From the NCBI GenBank assembly GCA_020354625.1, contig CP070651.1, positions 2,538,135 to 2,602,134 on the forward strand: DNA of 64,000 nucleotides. The letters run 5' to 3'. The notes under the pieces were generated by a model, which worked only from the letters and a program-made list of their open reading frames with translations, had not been told where the DNA came from and did not search any database. This document shows positions 29,220 through 41,232 of the stretch, in pieces; position 1 is the first letter of the stretch, and each line of letters starts with the position of its first letter. Source of the DNA: Trueperaceae bacterium (GTDB lineage Bacteria; Deinococcota; Deinococci; Deinococcales; Trueperaceae). The position numbers were made by a program, and so were the translations under genes.

Positions 29220-31493
29220 TCAATCGAGGAACTCATTGACTTCCCTTGGATCTACATCGATACGCACACGAACACCGCTCCCTGCATCCTTTACACCCTC
29301 TAACAGCCAACGAAACCGTTCCACCTCTGCCGCCTTAAGAAATACCTGCTGAGCGTAAAAGCCTTTGATACGGCCGACAGGCGCAGGGGTCGGTCCGATC
29401 ACCTCTTCCGCTCGGGCGCCACGAATCTCGAGCGATGCAACGAAGCGCTCGGCGGCTTGTAGAGCACTCGCCGAAACTCGAGCGCTGAATTGAACCTTGG
29501 CCAGATGGGAAAAGGGCGGGTAGCCGAAGGCTTTTCGTCGCGCACACATGCGCTCTACAAACGCATCGACCGCAGCGTCGAGGTCTTTGGCACGCACCAC
29601 CTCACAAACCGGATGGGACGGAGAGAAGGTCTGGAGCAAGGTGAGAGGCAAGCGATCTTTCACGAGCTCAGGGAGTTCGAGGAGCAAGCGCAGCGTCTCC
29701 TCTTCTGCACGAAAGTCTGGGACGTTGAGATGGGTATCGAGAAGGCAGACCACAATGAGCCCAACATCTGGAAGGGGGGCACGGCGGAAGGCAGCAGTCG
29801 TAGCGACCAAGATTCCCGGTTCTCCTTGGTGAAGCTCTTCCAACGGGTCTTGGTGATCGCGGTCCAAGCGGAAGACCGGAACGTCAGGCAAGATCTTTTT
29901 CACCGCAGAAAAGAACCACTCGGTCCCAGCGCCGCGGAAGGGGACAAGCGTTACCTGTCCACACTTCGGACACTCGTCCGGGGGGCGCCGGCTCGCCCCA
30001 CACTGATGACAGCGCAATATCGCATCGCGACGATGGTATCTAAGGGGCAAATCGCAGTTTGGACAAGACCCCAACCAACCGCAAGCACGGCACCCCAAAC
30101 CACCAGAAAATCCTCTTCTCGGCGTGAGCATGACGGCTTGGCGCTTCCGCTCGCCGACCTGTTTCAGAACTTTGACCAGGTCGGTGCTGAGCGGCCAGCT
30201 TCTCGTCGACGACATGTCCGACACGTGATAGCGCAGCCTTTTATACGCGAGGTGTTTGCGACCCTCAAGCGACACGAGTTGCGACATCTCCGGGCTGAAG
30301 AGCGCACTGGTAAAAACCAGCGGGATATCGAGCCGTTCGGCAAAACGGGCCGCAACCGTGGGGACGAACATGCGTGGCCCCGAGGCGAGCTTATAGCTCG
30401 CGTTCCCGGCCTCGAGCACCACCAAGAGTCCCAACGGTCTCTGGGGGGCAAAGAGCGCAAGGTAGGTACCGACCAAAACCACGGGTGGTCCCAGCGGTAG
30501 CTCTCGCCACAACCGCGCACGCTGGTCATCCGATAGCTCGCCGCTCACGACTTCTACCGGGAGCACCGCGGCCAATAAAGACGCCGTCTCCTCGAGAAGT
30601 GCATGCTCGGGCACGAGCACCAGGCAACCCCGTCCCGCCTCTGTTTCACGAACCAGATTGGGAACGAGGGCGCCCAACCGTTCGCGTCTGTTTCCCCCGG
30701 TCAGGCTCGACCGAATCGAAAGATCGAGCGGCTCTTTGGCCGCCTCGAAGCCTTCCTCGGAGGGCAACACCTGCGGCAGTGCCGGTGGCGGTGATGGAAC
30801 CTCTTCATAGCGAGCGTATCCCTTGCGAACCAGAGCCCGTACCGAGCTTTCGGGTACCCCTGCCTCACGGGACAGTTCGGCAGCGCTCCCAAACCACTCG
30901 TAGGTTAAAAGCATCTCGAGAGCGCACCGCTGATTCGCTTGCGCCCGGCCAGCAAGGTTCCGATCTACCGGTCGAACAGCCCTCAGTACACGGCGTTGCC
31001 TCTCTTGCACGCGAACTCGCTCGAGCACCAGCCCTTGGCTACGGTACAGCTCGAGTTTCTCTACCGGCAGGCGAGCAGCCTCAACCCAGAGGTCCTCGGG
31101 CAGATCATCGATCGCTGCACGTTTGACGGCTTGGATCTCATGCACGAGCTTTTCTTTAAACCCCGTCGGCACCATTGCAGCCAACACGAGACCCGCCGGC
31201 GTGGCATAATAGCCGGCAATTTCCAACAAGAACGCAGTGTGAATTTCAGGCAGAAAGGGCTCTTGATCCAGCCAACCGATCGCTTCTCGCAACTCGAGAC
31301 TACGACCGGCCGAGACCTCGTCAACCCCGACTACCAGTCCGATACGCACCCCGCTTTGCCAAGGGACAACCACCCGACCCCCGAGTGGGCCGGGCCGTTC
31401 ACCGAAGGGGACGAGATAGCGAAACGGGGGGAGGGGCAGCGGAAAGAGAACCTCGATTGCTGTGGGCACAGGCCATTGTACAAGCCGCCCCAA
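29220..31493 (-). CDS. priA: Primosomal protein N' (PriA) homologue with degenerate ATPase motifs
   Basis: PriA architecture with a Cys-rich zinc finger (CRACGWLGSCPNCDLPLRYH...CHQCG...CPKCG). Walker A is replaced by LTGGNRRER and DEEH by VVLEAGNASYK. Confidence 0.8.
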   Translation of the reverse strand: MGRLVQWPVPTAIEVLFPLPLPPFRYLVPFGERPGPLGGRVVVPWQSGVRIGLVVGVDEVSAGRSLELREAIGWLDQEPFLPEIHTAFLLEIAGYYATPAGLVLAAMVPTGFKEKLVHEIQAVKRAAIDDLPEDLWVEAARLPVEKLELYRSQGLVLERVRVQERQRRVLRAVRPVDRNLAGRAQANQRCALEMLLTYEWFGSAAELSREAGVPESSVRALVRKGYARYEEVPSPPPALPQVLPSEEGFEAAKEPLDLSIRSSLTGGNRRERLGALVPNLVRETEAGRGCLVLVPEHALLEETASLLAAVLPVEVVSGELSDDQRARLWRELPLGPPVVLVGTYLALFAPQRPLGLLVVLEAGNASYKLASGPRMFVPTVAARFAERLDIPLVFTSALFSPEMSQLVSLEGRKHLAYKRLRYHVSDMSSTRSWPLSTDLVKVLKQVGERKRQAVMLTPRRGFSGGLGCRACGWLGSCPNCDLPLRYHRRDAILRCHQCGASRRPPDECPKCGQVTLVPFRGAGTEWFFSAVKKILPDVPVFRLDRDHQDPLEELHQGEPGILVATTAAFRRAPLPDVGLIVVCLLDTHLNVPDFRAEEETLRLLLELPELVKDRLPLTLLQTFSPSHPVCEVVRAKDLDAAVDAFVERMCARRKAFGYPPFSHLAKVQFSARVSASALQAAERFVASLEIRGARAEEVIGPTPAPVGRIKGFYAQQVFLKAAEVERFRWLLEGVKDAGSGVRVRIDVDPREVNEFLD

Positions 31494-31531
31494 CCCTCAG
31501 TAAGAGACCTTTTTGCCGGCGCGCTCTTGCG

Positions 31532-32469
31532 CTAGGGAGAGCCTGACGTCAATCCCCGGATGTCTAGCAGAAAACTCCCTTCCGAGGGGAGCATGATCGT
31601 TTGAATCGTCGGTGCGAGGCGCTGAGTGAGCTCGAGCTGAATGATCTCTGGGTTTTCACGTATGGCCTCGCCACGCAAACGCAGGGCCTCAGACTCCCCC
31701 TCGGCTCTGGCGATCGCAGCGTCACGCTCCCCTTCCGCTTCGACGATACGCCGCTGTGCGGCAATCTCGGCCTGACGACGGCGATTTTCCTCGACCTGTA
31801 CCTGCTGTTCAGCCGCCTGTTTCTCTTCGATAGCCTGGGTGATCGATTGAGGGATCCTTACATCGCGTAGGAGCACGGTGAGCACTCGGACGTTGTCCTG
31901 GATCAGCGCATCTGTCAGGGCAGTTTCGATCTGTCCCTGCAGATCGGCCCTTTCGGTACTGATCAGACTGGCGGCGTTGAACTTGGCGATGCCGTCGCGG
32001 ATCTGGGAACGGACCTCGGGCCGAATGCGTACCTCCTCGAACGAAGGGCCGATGTCTTGGTGAAGCCGAGCCGCTTCATCCGGAACGACTTGGTAGAGGA
32101 CGGTGACATCGACATTGATCTCCAACCCTTCAGAGGATCGTGCGGTGATCTGATCGATGTTCTCGCGACCGAGCGTCAATTCCTGCTGGCGTACATCGTA
32201 AAGGGTCACCTGTTGCAAGAAGGGGAGTACCACATGAAAACCTTCGCTGATTTCCGAGTCCTGTACCCCACCAAAGACGTTGAACACCACCCCCACGTTT
32301 CCAGCCGGCACCACCACAAATGCGCTCGAGGCAAAAGATGTCAGCACACCGACAATAATGGCGACGCCACCGAGGCTCCGTAGGCCTGCTTGACGTCCCT
32401 GCACGCCTTGCACCAACAGGGCAACTCCACCGACAATGAGTGCTAAACCGATAAGGATGAGGATATTCA
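31532..32469 (-). CDS. SPFH/Band 7 (prohibitin/HflK/C-like) membrane protein
   Basis: N-terminal transmembrane segment (MNILILIGLALIVGGVALLV), SPFH domain, Ala/Glu-rich coiled coil. ATG at 32469 preceded by GGAGGTG. The track ORF extends to 32737. Confidence 0.8.
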
Positions 32470-32510
32470 TCAACACACCTCCTACTGTAAAGTCTACTGC
32501 TAGAACACCT

Positions 32511-34004
32511 TCAGCGAGCGTTTCGCAGAAGGCCTCTCGGACCACCAAGGCCCTGGCGCAACGGTTTCGGATCGACTGCGTGCACCTGTGTCGCTGGCAA
32601 CAACACGCGAAAGAGGGTGCCTTTGCCGAGTTCCGACTCCACGTCGACGGTCCCCTCGTGCTGCTGCACGACCCACCGTACAATCGCCAGGCCCAAACCA
32701 CTACCGTTCCCATCGCCACGGTTGGTCCGGGCACCATCGACGCGGAAGAAACGGTCGAAAAGGTGCGGAATCGCTTCTTCGGGAATTCCGGGGCCGTCGT
32801 CGACGATCTCTAGACAGACCTTGTCTTTCTCCTGCCAGAGCGAGATATTTATCCGACTCGCACCAGCATTTATTGCATTTTGAACCAGGTTGTGAAGTAC
32901 CTGCTTGAGGCGTCCAGGATCTCCCATCACTTCTACCACCGGCTGCGGCGCAGTGACGGTAATCTCGGTACTACCCGCCACCGGCGCGATCTCCATGTGA
33001 ACCGCCTCCGCCACCTCGAGCAGGTTCATCGCCTCTTTCTGAATCGAAAAACCGGCGTCGGCGCGCGCGAGTTCCAACAAGTCGTTTACCAGCTTGGCCA
33101 TTCGCTCAGCCTCACGCCTGATCACCATTAGAGAATCGACCTGTTCCTGAGTCGGCGACGCACGCCTCAACAGATAGTTGGCGTGGCCCACGATGGCAGT
33201 AACCGGGGTTCTGAGCTCGTGACTGGCGTCTGCGGTGAAACGTCTCTGCGTCTCGAACGACTCCTGAAGACGGTCGAGCATGTTGTTCAACGTCACGGCC
33301 AGCTCGCGCATTTCGTCTGACGAGGCGGGGACGGGGACCCGCTGCGAAAGATCCCGGCTGGTAACCCGGGCAGCGGCCTCTTTCACGCGCTGCACCGGAC
33401 TCAGAACCTGACGGGAGAGCAACCACACCCCGAGCGCAAAGATGATAAAGGCAGCCACCACCGTGAAGCGGAGGTTGTTCGCCAACTGGTTCAATGTGGC
33501 GGCGACCCCACTCGCTGGGACACCGATCAACATCATGACCGAATAGCTCCGTTCTGGAGCAGGAATGGTGAGGGTACCGAGGTCACCCATTATCAGCAAT
33601 CGCTGTTCGTTGCTGAGTACGACCGTCGTCGTCAGGGTGCCCTCGTCGAGCAACGAAGTCAGGGCAGCATCCCCGATGGCATCGGGGATGTACTCATCGG
33701 TCGGGTTGGGACGCAAAGTATCGTAACGGGTAAACGGCACCCCAGAGCGAAGGTCGCTCACGCTGTCGGGCGTTGCTCCACCGGGTCCGTAGATGACGAT
33801 CTGGTAGTAAGCATCCCCCGGAAGTTTCTGAAGTCCCTGGATGATTGCGCCCTGGCTGATATCGAGAAGCGCCTGTCTACCGCGCTCTTCGAGCGAGGCG
33901 TTGAGCGAACGATCGGTCAGTGCGTACACAGCGAGCGCCACCGCAGAAAGCACGATCACGAAAAAGGCGCTATAGAAGAGCGTCAGGCGTACACGGAGTG
34001 ACAT
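32511..34004 (-). CDS. Sensor histidine kinase (two TM segments flanking a periplasmic domain, then HAMP, HisKA and HATPase_c)
   Basis: H-box ADASHELRTPVTAI. N, G1 and G2 boxes (NLVQNAINAG, DDGPGIP, GSGLGLAIV). Confidence 0.85.
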   Translation of the reverse strand: MSLRVRLTLFYSAFFVIVLSAVALAVYALTDRSLNASLEERGRQALLDISQGAIIQGLQKLPGDAYYQIVIYGPGGATPDSVSDLRSGVPFTRYDTLRPNPTDEYIPDAIGDAALTSLLDEGTLTTTVVLSNEQRLLIMGDLGTLTIPAPERSYSVMMLIGVPASGVAATLNQLANNLRFTVVAAFIIFALGVWLLSRQVLSPVQRVKEAAARVTSRDLSQRVPVPASSDEMRELAVTLNNMLDRLQESFETQRRFTADASHELRTPVTAIVGHANYLLRRASPTQEQVDSLMVIRREAERMAKLVNDLLELARADAGFSIQKEAMNLLEVAEAVHMEIAPVAGSTEITVTAPQPVVEVMGDPGRLKQVLHNLVQNAINAGASRINISLWQEKDKVCLEIVDDGPGIPEEAIPHLFDRFFRVDGARTNRGDGNGSGLGLAIVRWVVQQHEGTVDVESELGKGTLFRVLLPATQVHAVDPKPLRQGLGGPRGLLRNAR

Positions 34005-34013
34005 TTGGCTCGG

Positions 34014-34691
34014 TCATTCCTCCCGCAAGACGTAGCCTACACCCCTTACGGTGTGGATGAGCCTCCTCTCCCCTTCCCCCTCGAGTTTACGGCGCAAGTA
34101 CCCTACATAGACGTCGACCACGTTGCTGCCGCCAGTGTATTCGGGCCATACCTTCTCTTCGATCTCAAAACGGTTGAAGACCTTGCCTGGGTTACGAGCA
34201 AAAAGCTCGAGCAGTTCAAACTCTTTGGCAGAGAGTTCGATGCGGCGTCCGTCGCGAAACACCTCGCGACCGTCGAGATTCATCACCAGATCCGCCACCC
34301 GGACCTCTCCTGTCACCGCCGGATTCACCCGCCTGAGATGAGCACGAACCCGCGCCAATAGCTCCTCGATCGAAAACGGTTTGACAAGATAATCGTCAGC
34401 ACCGGAATCGAGACCGGTGACCTTATCGTCCACGCTGTCTTTCGCGGTCAGGATGATGATGGGTGTATTGCTGGTCTTGCGAATCCGTCGGGCTACTTCA
34501 AGCCCATCGAGAACCGGCAACATCAAGTCGAGTACTACCAGATCGGGGTTGAGCTCGCGGAACTTTGAAAGCCCGGTTACCCCATCGAAGGTTACGACCG
34601 TGTCGTAATTCTCCGCTTGGAGTTCGAGATCGATGAACTTGGCGATCTCCTTCTCGTCTTCGACTATAAGGATTAGCGGCATGCGCTCCAT
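34014..34691 (-). CDS. OmpR/PhoB-family response regulator
   Basis: Receiver domain (LIVEDE...D...K) and a winged-helix C-terminus ([13 protein letters not shown]). Upstream of the kinase in the same orientation. The start among several ATGs between 34682 and 34709 is uncertain. Confidence 0.85.
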   Translation of the reverse strand: MERMPLILIVEDEKEIAKFIDLELQAENYDTVVTFDGVTGLSKFRELNPDLVVLDLMLPVLDGLEVARRIRKTSNTPIIILTAKDSVDDKVTGLDSGADDYLVKPFSIEELLARVRAHLRRVNPAVTGEVRVADLVMNLDGREVFRDGRRIELSAKEFELLELFARNPGKVFNRFEIEEKVWPEYTGGSNVVDVYVGYLRRKLEGEGERRLIHTVRGVGYVLREE

Positions 34692-34939
34692 AGCTGGATT
34701 ATGACTCATCCGGACAGCGGTGCTTGCCGCTTAGATGACAGCACACAAGCGTAGATCTGGTTCTCAAACCCGTAGCACCACGTTTCCGGGGCCTACGATC
34801 TCTATAGTGGCGTACGTACGGCCGCGGTAGAGCCGTCCCCCAAAGTCCTAGCCCTATCTTCGACACTACCATCACGCTCCAGTCGAAGGTTACACTACGG
34901 CAGGCGTTTCAAACGGTATGACATGCGAGGGGAGTTATT

Positions 34940-35461
34940 TTGCGTAAGCGTCTTGCACTATTTATCGACGGCAGCAATCTATACAACGGCATGAGAGAAA
35001 ACTTGTCCAACACGCGCGTGAACCTTCAAGAACTCATCAAGCAGCTCCGGCGTGAGCGCGAGCTGGTGAGAGCGTATTACTATAACGCTCCACTGACCGA
35101 AGACTACGACGAGGAGCTGCGTGAGGGCCAACAACGGTTCTTCGAGTCGTTGCGGAGAATTCCTTACGTGACGGTACGACTCGGACGCCTCCATCGACGC
35201 CAAGACGGCTCACTCGTCGAAAAGGGAATCGATGTGGCCATCGCAGTCGAGTCGCTCTCTCTGGCGTACGAAAATGCCTTCGATACAGCCCTGCTCGTGA
35301 GCGGCGACGGCGACTATGTGGAACTGGTGGAGGCCTTGAAAAGGCGTGGAAAGCACGTCGAATGCGCGATGTTTCGCAATCAGTCTGCCGGGATCTTGCT
35401 CGAATACTGTGATGTCTTTTTGCCCTTGGATGAGTTGGAGTGGTCACGGATCCTCTTTTGA
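34940..35461 (+). CDS. NYN/LabA-like domain protein
   Basis: Sequence LALFIDGSNLYNGMREN...GIDVAIAVESLSLAY...LVSGDGDYVELVEAL. TTG start with a GAGGGGAG ribosome-binding site. Confidence 0.7.
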   Translation: MRKRLALFIDGSNLYNGMRENLSNTRVNLQELIKQLRRERELVRAYYYNAPLTEDYDEELREGQQRFFESLRRIPYVTVRLGRLHRRQDGSLVEKGIDVAIAVESLSLAYENAFDTALLVSGDGDYVELVEALKRRGKHVECAMFRNQSAGILLEYCDVFLPLDELEWSRILF

Positions 35462-35578
35462 GATGCTGTCTCCAGCGACTCTGAACCCGTTATCTCGACC
35501 ATAAGGTGCCGTAGCGGCGCCGACTACCGATCGAAATCTCGCGGGCCGACCCCTGGCAGCCTTTGTCAGAGGCGGCCT

Positions 35579-35620
35579 AGTATAGTATTAGTGGATTATT
35601 TCACGATATTTTAGTTTGTG
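35579..35620 (-). promoter_or_regulatory. Copy S5 of the recurrent motif (CACAAACTAAAATATCGTGAAATAATCCACTAATACTATACT on the minus strand), just downstream of the ligA stop
   Basis: Same spacing as S1-S4. The -10-like TATACT points antisense to the NYN gene. Confidence 0.4.
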
Positions 35621-35624
35621 CATT

Positions 35625-37790
<2,166 letters not shown>

Positions 37791-37792
37791 CT

Positions 37793-38905
37793 ATGCGCAA
37801 GATTTTGCTACTTATTGCCGTCTCGACCTTGACCATCGGATTTGCCCAGGATTTCGTCATGGGCATCACGTTCGATGCCGGAGGAAAGTTCGATAAGAGC
37901 TTTAATGAAGGCACCTGGCGCGGTATGGTATCGGCTATCGACGAACTCCAAGCCGAGGTCGAAATCGACCTGCTCGAGTTCGAGGGTACGCCCGACACCG
38001 CCGCCGAGGGGCAGCGCCGCATCGCCCTTCAGGGCGCGGAGCTGATCGTCGCACCAGGCTTCTTGCAAACCGATGCGATCCAAGCGGTATCCAGTGAGTT
38101 CCCCGACACGAACTTCGTGTTGATCGACTCGGTGGCGGACAATCCCAACGTGCGCAGCGTGCTTTTTAAAGAGCACGAGGGGAGCTACCTGGTGGGCTAC
38201 ATCGCCGGCACCATGACCCAGACCGGTGTAGTCGGTTTCGTGGGCGGCATGGACATCCCCCTCATTCGGGCCTTCGATTTAGGCTATCAAGAGGGCGTAG
38301 CAGCATCCTGCCCAGACTGCAGCATCATCAGCAACTACGTAGGCGTGACTCCGGCTGCTTGGAACGATCCGACCCGTGCCAAAGAGCTCGCCACCACCCA
38401 ACGCGCCCAAGGAGCGGACATCATCTACGCGGCGGCGGGCGCCTCGGGCAACGGCGTGATCGATTTTGTCAACGAGAACATGTGCTTTACTCCCAGTAGC
38501 GGCTTGCGGGCCTCACCCATTGCCGGAATCTTGGGCGGCCTCGATGTGAGTGACGCGTACGCGAGCAAGTGCGGCTCGGACGACCAGCCCCTCTTTTTCA
38601 TCGGGGTCGACAGCAACCAGAACTTCCTTGGTGACACCGACAACAATCCGGCGACGTTGAACCACGGTCTGACCAGCATGCTGAAGCGCGTCGATCTGGT
38701 CGGTTATAATGCGGTGCACGACGTCGTCAACGACACCTTCGAGTCTGGCATATCGGTGTTGGGCGTCGCCGAAGATGGCGTCGGATATGCCTTGGACGAG
38801 TTCAACAGCCCCCTGCTCCCCTCTGCGCTGATCGACGAAGTCGAAAGCATCAGACAGCAGATCATCGATGGCGACATCTCGGTGACCGATTACCGCACGC
38901 TCTAA
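37793..38905 (+). CDS. BMP-family (PnrA/Med-like) ABC-transporter substrate-binding lipoprotein
   Basis: Signal MRKILLLIAVSTLTIGFA. BMP family motifs (GITFDAGGKFDKSFNEG...GFVGGMDIP). Strong AAGGAGG ribosome-binding site. TATACT -10 about 35 nt upstream. Confidence 0.8.
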   Translation: MRKILLLIAVSTLTIGFAQDFVMGITFDAGGKFDKSFNEGTWRGMVSAIDELQAEVEIDLLEFEGTPDTAAEGQRRIALQGAELIVAPGFLQTDAIQAVSSEFPDTNFVLIDSVADNPNVRSVLFKEHEGSYLVGYIAGTMTQTGVVGFVGGMDIPLIRAFDLGYQEGVAASCPDCSIISNYVGVTPAAWNDPTRAKELATTQRAQGADIIYAAAGASGNGVIDFVNENMCFTPSSGLRASPIAGILGGLDVSDAYASKCGSDDQPLFFIGVDSNQNFLGDTDNNPATLNHGLTSMLKRVDLVGYNAVHDVVNDTFESGISVLGVAEDGVGYALDEFNSPLLPSALIDEVESIRQQIIDGDISVTDYRTL

Positions 38906-38927
38906 TACCCAACCCTGAAAACGTTTC

Positions 38928-38955
38928 GCCCCGCCTTAAAGGCGGGGCTCTTTCG
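38928..38955 (+). terminator. Rho-independent terminator (GCCCCGCC-TTAAA-GGCGGGGC + TCTTTCGTG)
   Basis: 8-bp GC stem followed by a T-rich tail after the BMP gene. Confidence 0.7.
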
Positions 38956-38970
38956 TGCTACACTACCAGG

Positions 38971-39334
<364 letters not shown>

Positions 39335-39366
39335 GGGGCGGTGCTTCGGCGTCGCCCCTCCTTTTT
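39335..39366 (+). terminator. Terminator after rnpB (GGGGCG-loop-CGCCCC + TCCTTTTTG)
   Basis: 6-bp GC stem followed by a T-tract directly after the rnpB 3' end. Confidence 0.55.
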
Positions 39367-39414
39367 GCCACACACTGCATAGACCACACTCCTCACAAGC
39401 GCCCACAAGGAATT

Positions 39415-39502
39415 GGGGCGAGTGGGTATCGAGTGGGAAAACGTAGCTTGAAACCGTGGGAAAATGGGGCGGAAGTGGGGGAGTGTGGGAATTTGTGGGG
39501 AA
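39415..39502 (+). promoter_or_regulatory. Array of seven TGGG direct repeats (~10-11-bp phasing) over the mraZ promoter; putative MraZ operator
   Basis: Sequence cgagTGGGtatcgagTGGG...ccgTGGGaaaaTGGGGcggaagTGGGggagtgTGGGaatttgTGGGgaaag, followed by the -10-like TACACT at 39510-39515. Confidence 0.55.
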
Positions 39503-39617
39503 AGTGTGTTACACTCCTTTTCGAGGTCAAAGGTTGCGCCGTGACGGCACAAACCGAACCTAAACCCGAGCTGCCGTACGTTACGGTTGGCATAAAAGAG
39601 TGGGGGAAGAGGGGAGA

Positions 39618-40046
39618 ATGCCCTTCGGCGAATTTCAATACACCGTCGACGATAAGGGACGCGTCATCATACCTCCTCCTTTTCGGGAGTTCGTCGAAGA
39701 CGGGATGGTCGTCACCCGAGGCATGGAAGGGTGTCTTTACGTGTTCCCACTCGGCACCTGGCGCCGCATCGAAACACTTCTTACAGAACTCCCGCTCACC
39801 GATCAGCACGCTCGAAATTTTGTGCGTTTTTTCTACTCCGGGGCCGCTAAAGCCAGGCTCGACGCAACCGGTCGAATTACCATCCCTTCGACCTTGCGGC
39901 TCTTTGCAGATACGGATGCAAACGTCATTATCGCGGGCGCACCGAATCGACTCGAGGTGTGGAACGAAGCCAGGTGGCTCTCGAACCTCGCAGACGTACA
40001 GGCCAGCCCACCCGCTCCAGAACTGTTGAGGGAACTGGTCGGATGA
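39618..40046 (+). CDS. mraZ: Transcriptional regulator MraZ
   Basis: Two MraZ/SpoVT-AbrB-like halves with DxxxR motifs (DDKGRVIIP, DATGRITIP). GAGGGGAG ribosome-binding site. The track start at 39600 is less likely. Confidence 0.9.
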   Translation: MPFGEFQYTVDDKGRVIIPPPFREFVEDGMVVTRGMEGCLYVFPLGTWRRIETLLTELPLTDQHARNFVRFFYSGAAKARLDATGRITIPSTLRLFADTDANVIIAGAPNRLEVWNEARWLSNLADVQASPPAPELLRELVG

Positions 40047-40915
40047 GTCTTACCGTGCCCCACAAGCCGGTCCTCCTAGCAACGTGTCTGGAGGCGCTCA
40101 CGAGCGGTTTGCCACAAGACGCTTGGGTGATCGATGCGACGTTCGGGGCAGGGGGGCACAGCCGTGAATTGTTGGGGAGCGGCGTCAAGGTCCTAGCTAT
40201 CGATCAGGATCCCGATGCCAATCGCTATGCGAACGACTTTCGAGGTCCGAGGTTCCGTTTCTTGGTAGGAAACTTTCGCCAACTCGAAGAATTGGTTTTT
40301 GCGGCTCAGATCGAACCGATCGGGGGCATCCTCTTCGATCTCGGGCTCTCTTCGATGCAGCTCGACGAGGCCGACCGCGGCTTCGCTTTTCGGCGTGACG
40401 GCCCTCTCGATCTGCGCATGGGGGGTGTAGGACCGTCTGCGGCCGAGGTGGTGAATACGGCCTCAGAAGAGGAGTTGGCAGGGCTCATCTACCGCTACGG
40501 TGAAGAGCGCCATAGCCGCCGGATAGCACGCGCCATCGTGGCAGCTCGCAAGTCTGATGAGATTACCACCACCTCGCAACTCGCCGAGGCGATCACCCGG
40601 GCCTATCCTCCGGGTCGGCGCCGGGACCACCCGGCCAGAAGGACATTTCAAGCCCTCCGCATCTATGTCAACGACGAGTTGGTAGCGCTCCAAGAGGGTC
40701 TTGAAGCGGCCAGAAGACTCTTGATGCCCGGTGGAAAATTGGTTGTGATCAGCTACCACTCGCTCGAAGACAGAATCGTCAAACATTTCTTTCGGGCGCA
40801 ACTCGAATTGAGGCCCCTCACCAAGAAGCCGCTGGTACCAGAGCCCGAGGAAATCGAGCTAAACCCACGCGCGCGCAGTGCCAAATTGCGTATCGCGGTC
40901 AAGGAGACCTTGTGA
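40043..40915 (+). CDS. rsmH: 16S rRNA (cytosine1402-N4)-methyltransferase RsmH (MraW)
   Basis: SAM-binding motif (DATFGAGGHS) and the HKPVL N-terminus. ATGA overlap with the mraZ stop. The track ORF from 39959 is an overlap-frame extension. Confidence 0.9.
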   Translation: MSLTVPHKPVLLATCLEALTSGLPQDAWVIDATFGAGGHSRELLGSGVKVLAIDQDPDANRYANDFRGPRFRFLVGNFRQLEELVFAAQIEPIGGILFDLGLSSMQLDEADRGFAFRRDGPLDLRMGGVGPSAAEVVNTASEEELAGLIYRYGEERHSRRIARAIVAARKSDEITTTSQLAEAITRAYPPGRRRDHPARRTFQALRIYVNDELVALQEGLEAARRLLMPGGKLVVISYHSLEDRIVKHFFRAQLELRPLTKKPLVPEPEEIELNPRARSAKLRIAVKETL

Positions 40916-41232
40916 AGATGCACCGAAAGACACTGAGCGCTCTTTATATCGTGCTCCTGCTGACGCTCGCCACGCTTGGGGTCCACAACCAACAACAGTT
41001 CCGCTTGCAACATTCGCTGATCCAGGAGAAGGACTCGCAGCACCAGCGCCTGGCCGAACTCCGGGGTATGGCCGCCTCGATCACCAGTCCGTTGGCGGTG
41101 AGCCAGTGGGCCGCTTCTAGCGGCATGATTCCAGCGACCGAAGCGGGTGACTTCGAGCAGGTCACGCCCCTTACAAGCCCGGAGCCGATCCCCCTTGAGA
41201 GCGGACTGGAGGTCAGAACGGTATGGCGCTGA
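40912..41232 (+). CDS. ftsL: Cell division protein FtsL-like (septum formation initiator family)
   Basis: Short bitopic protein with one transmembrane segment plus a coiled coil, between rsmH and ftsI. Overlaps both neighbours. Confidence 0.5.
   Translation: MKMHRKTLSALYIVLLLTLATLGVHNQQQFRLQHSLIQEKDSQHQRLAELRGMAASITSPLAVSQWAASSGMIPATEAGDFEQVTPLTSPEPIPLESGLEVRTVWR

Noticed and set aside
35037-35447. 136-aa Arg-rich minus-strand ORF inside the NYN gene
   Set aside because: Antisense junk. The plus-strand NYN/LabA homology is clear.
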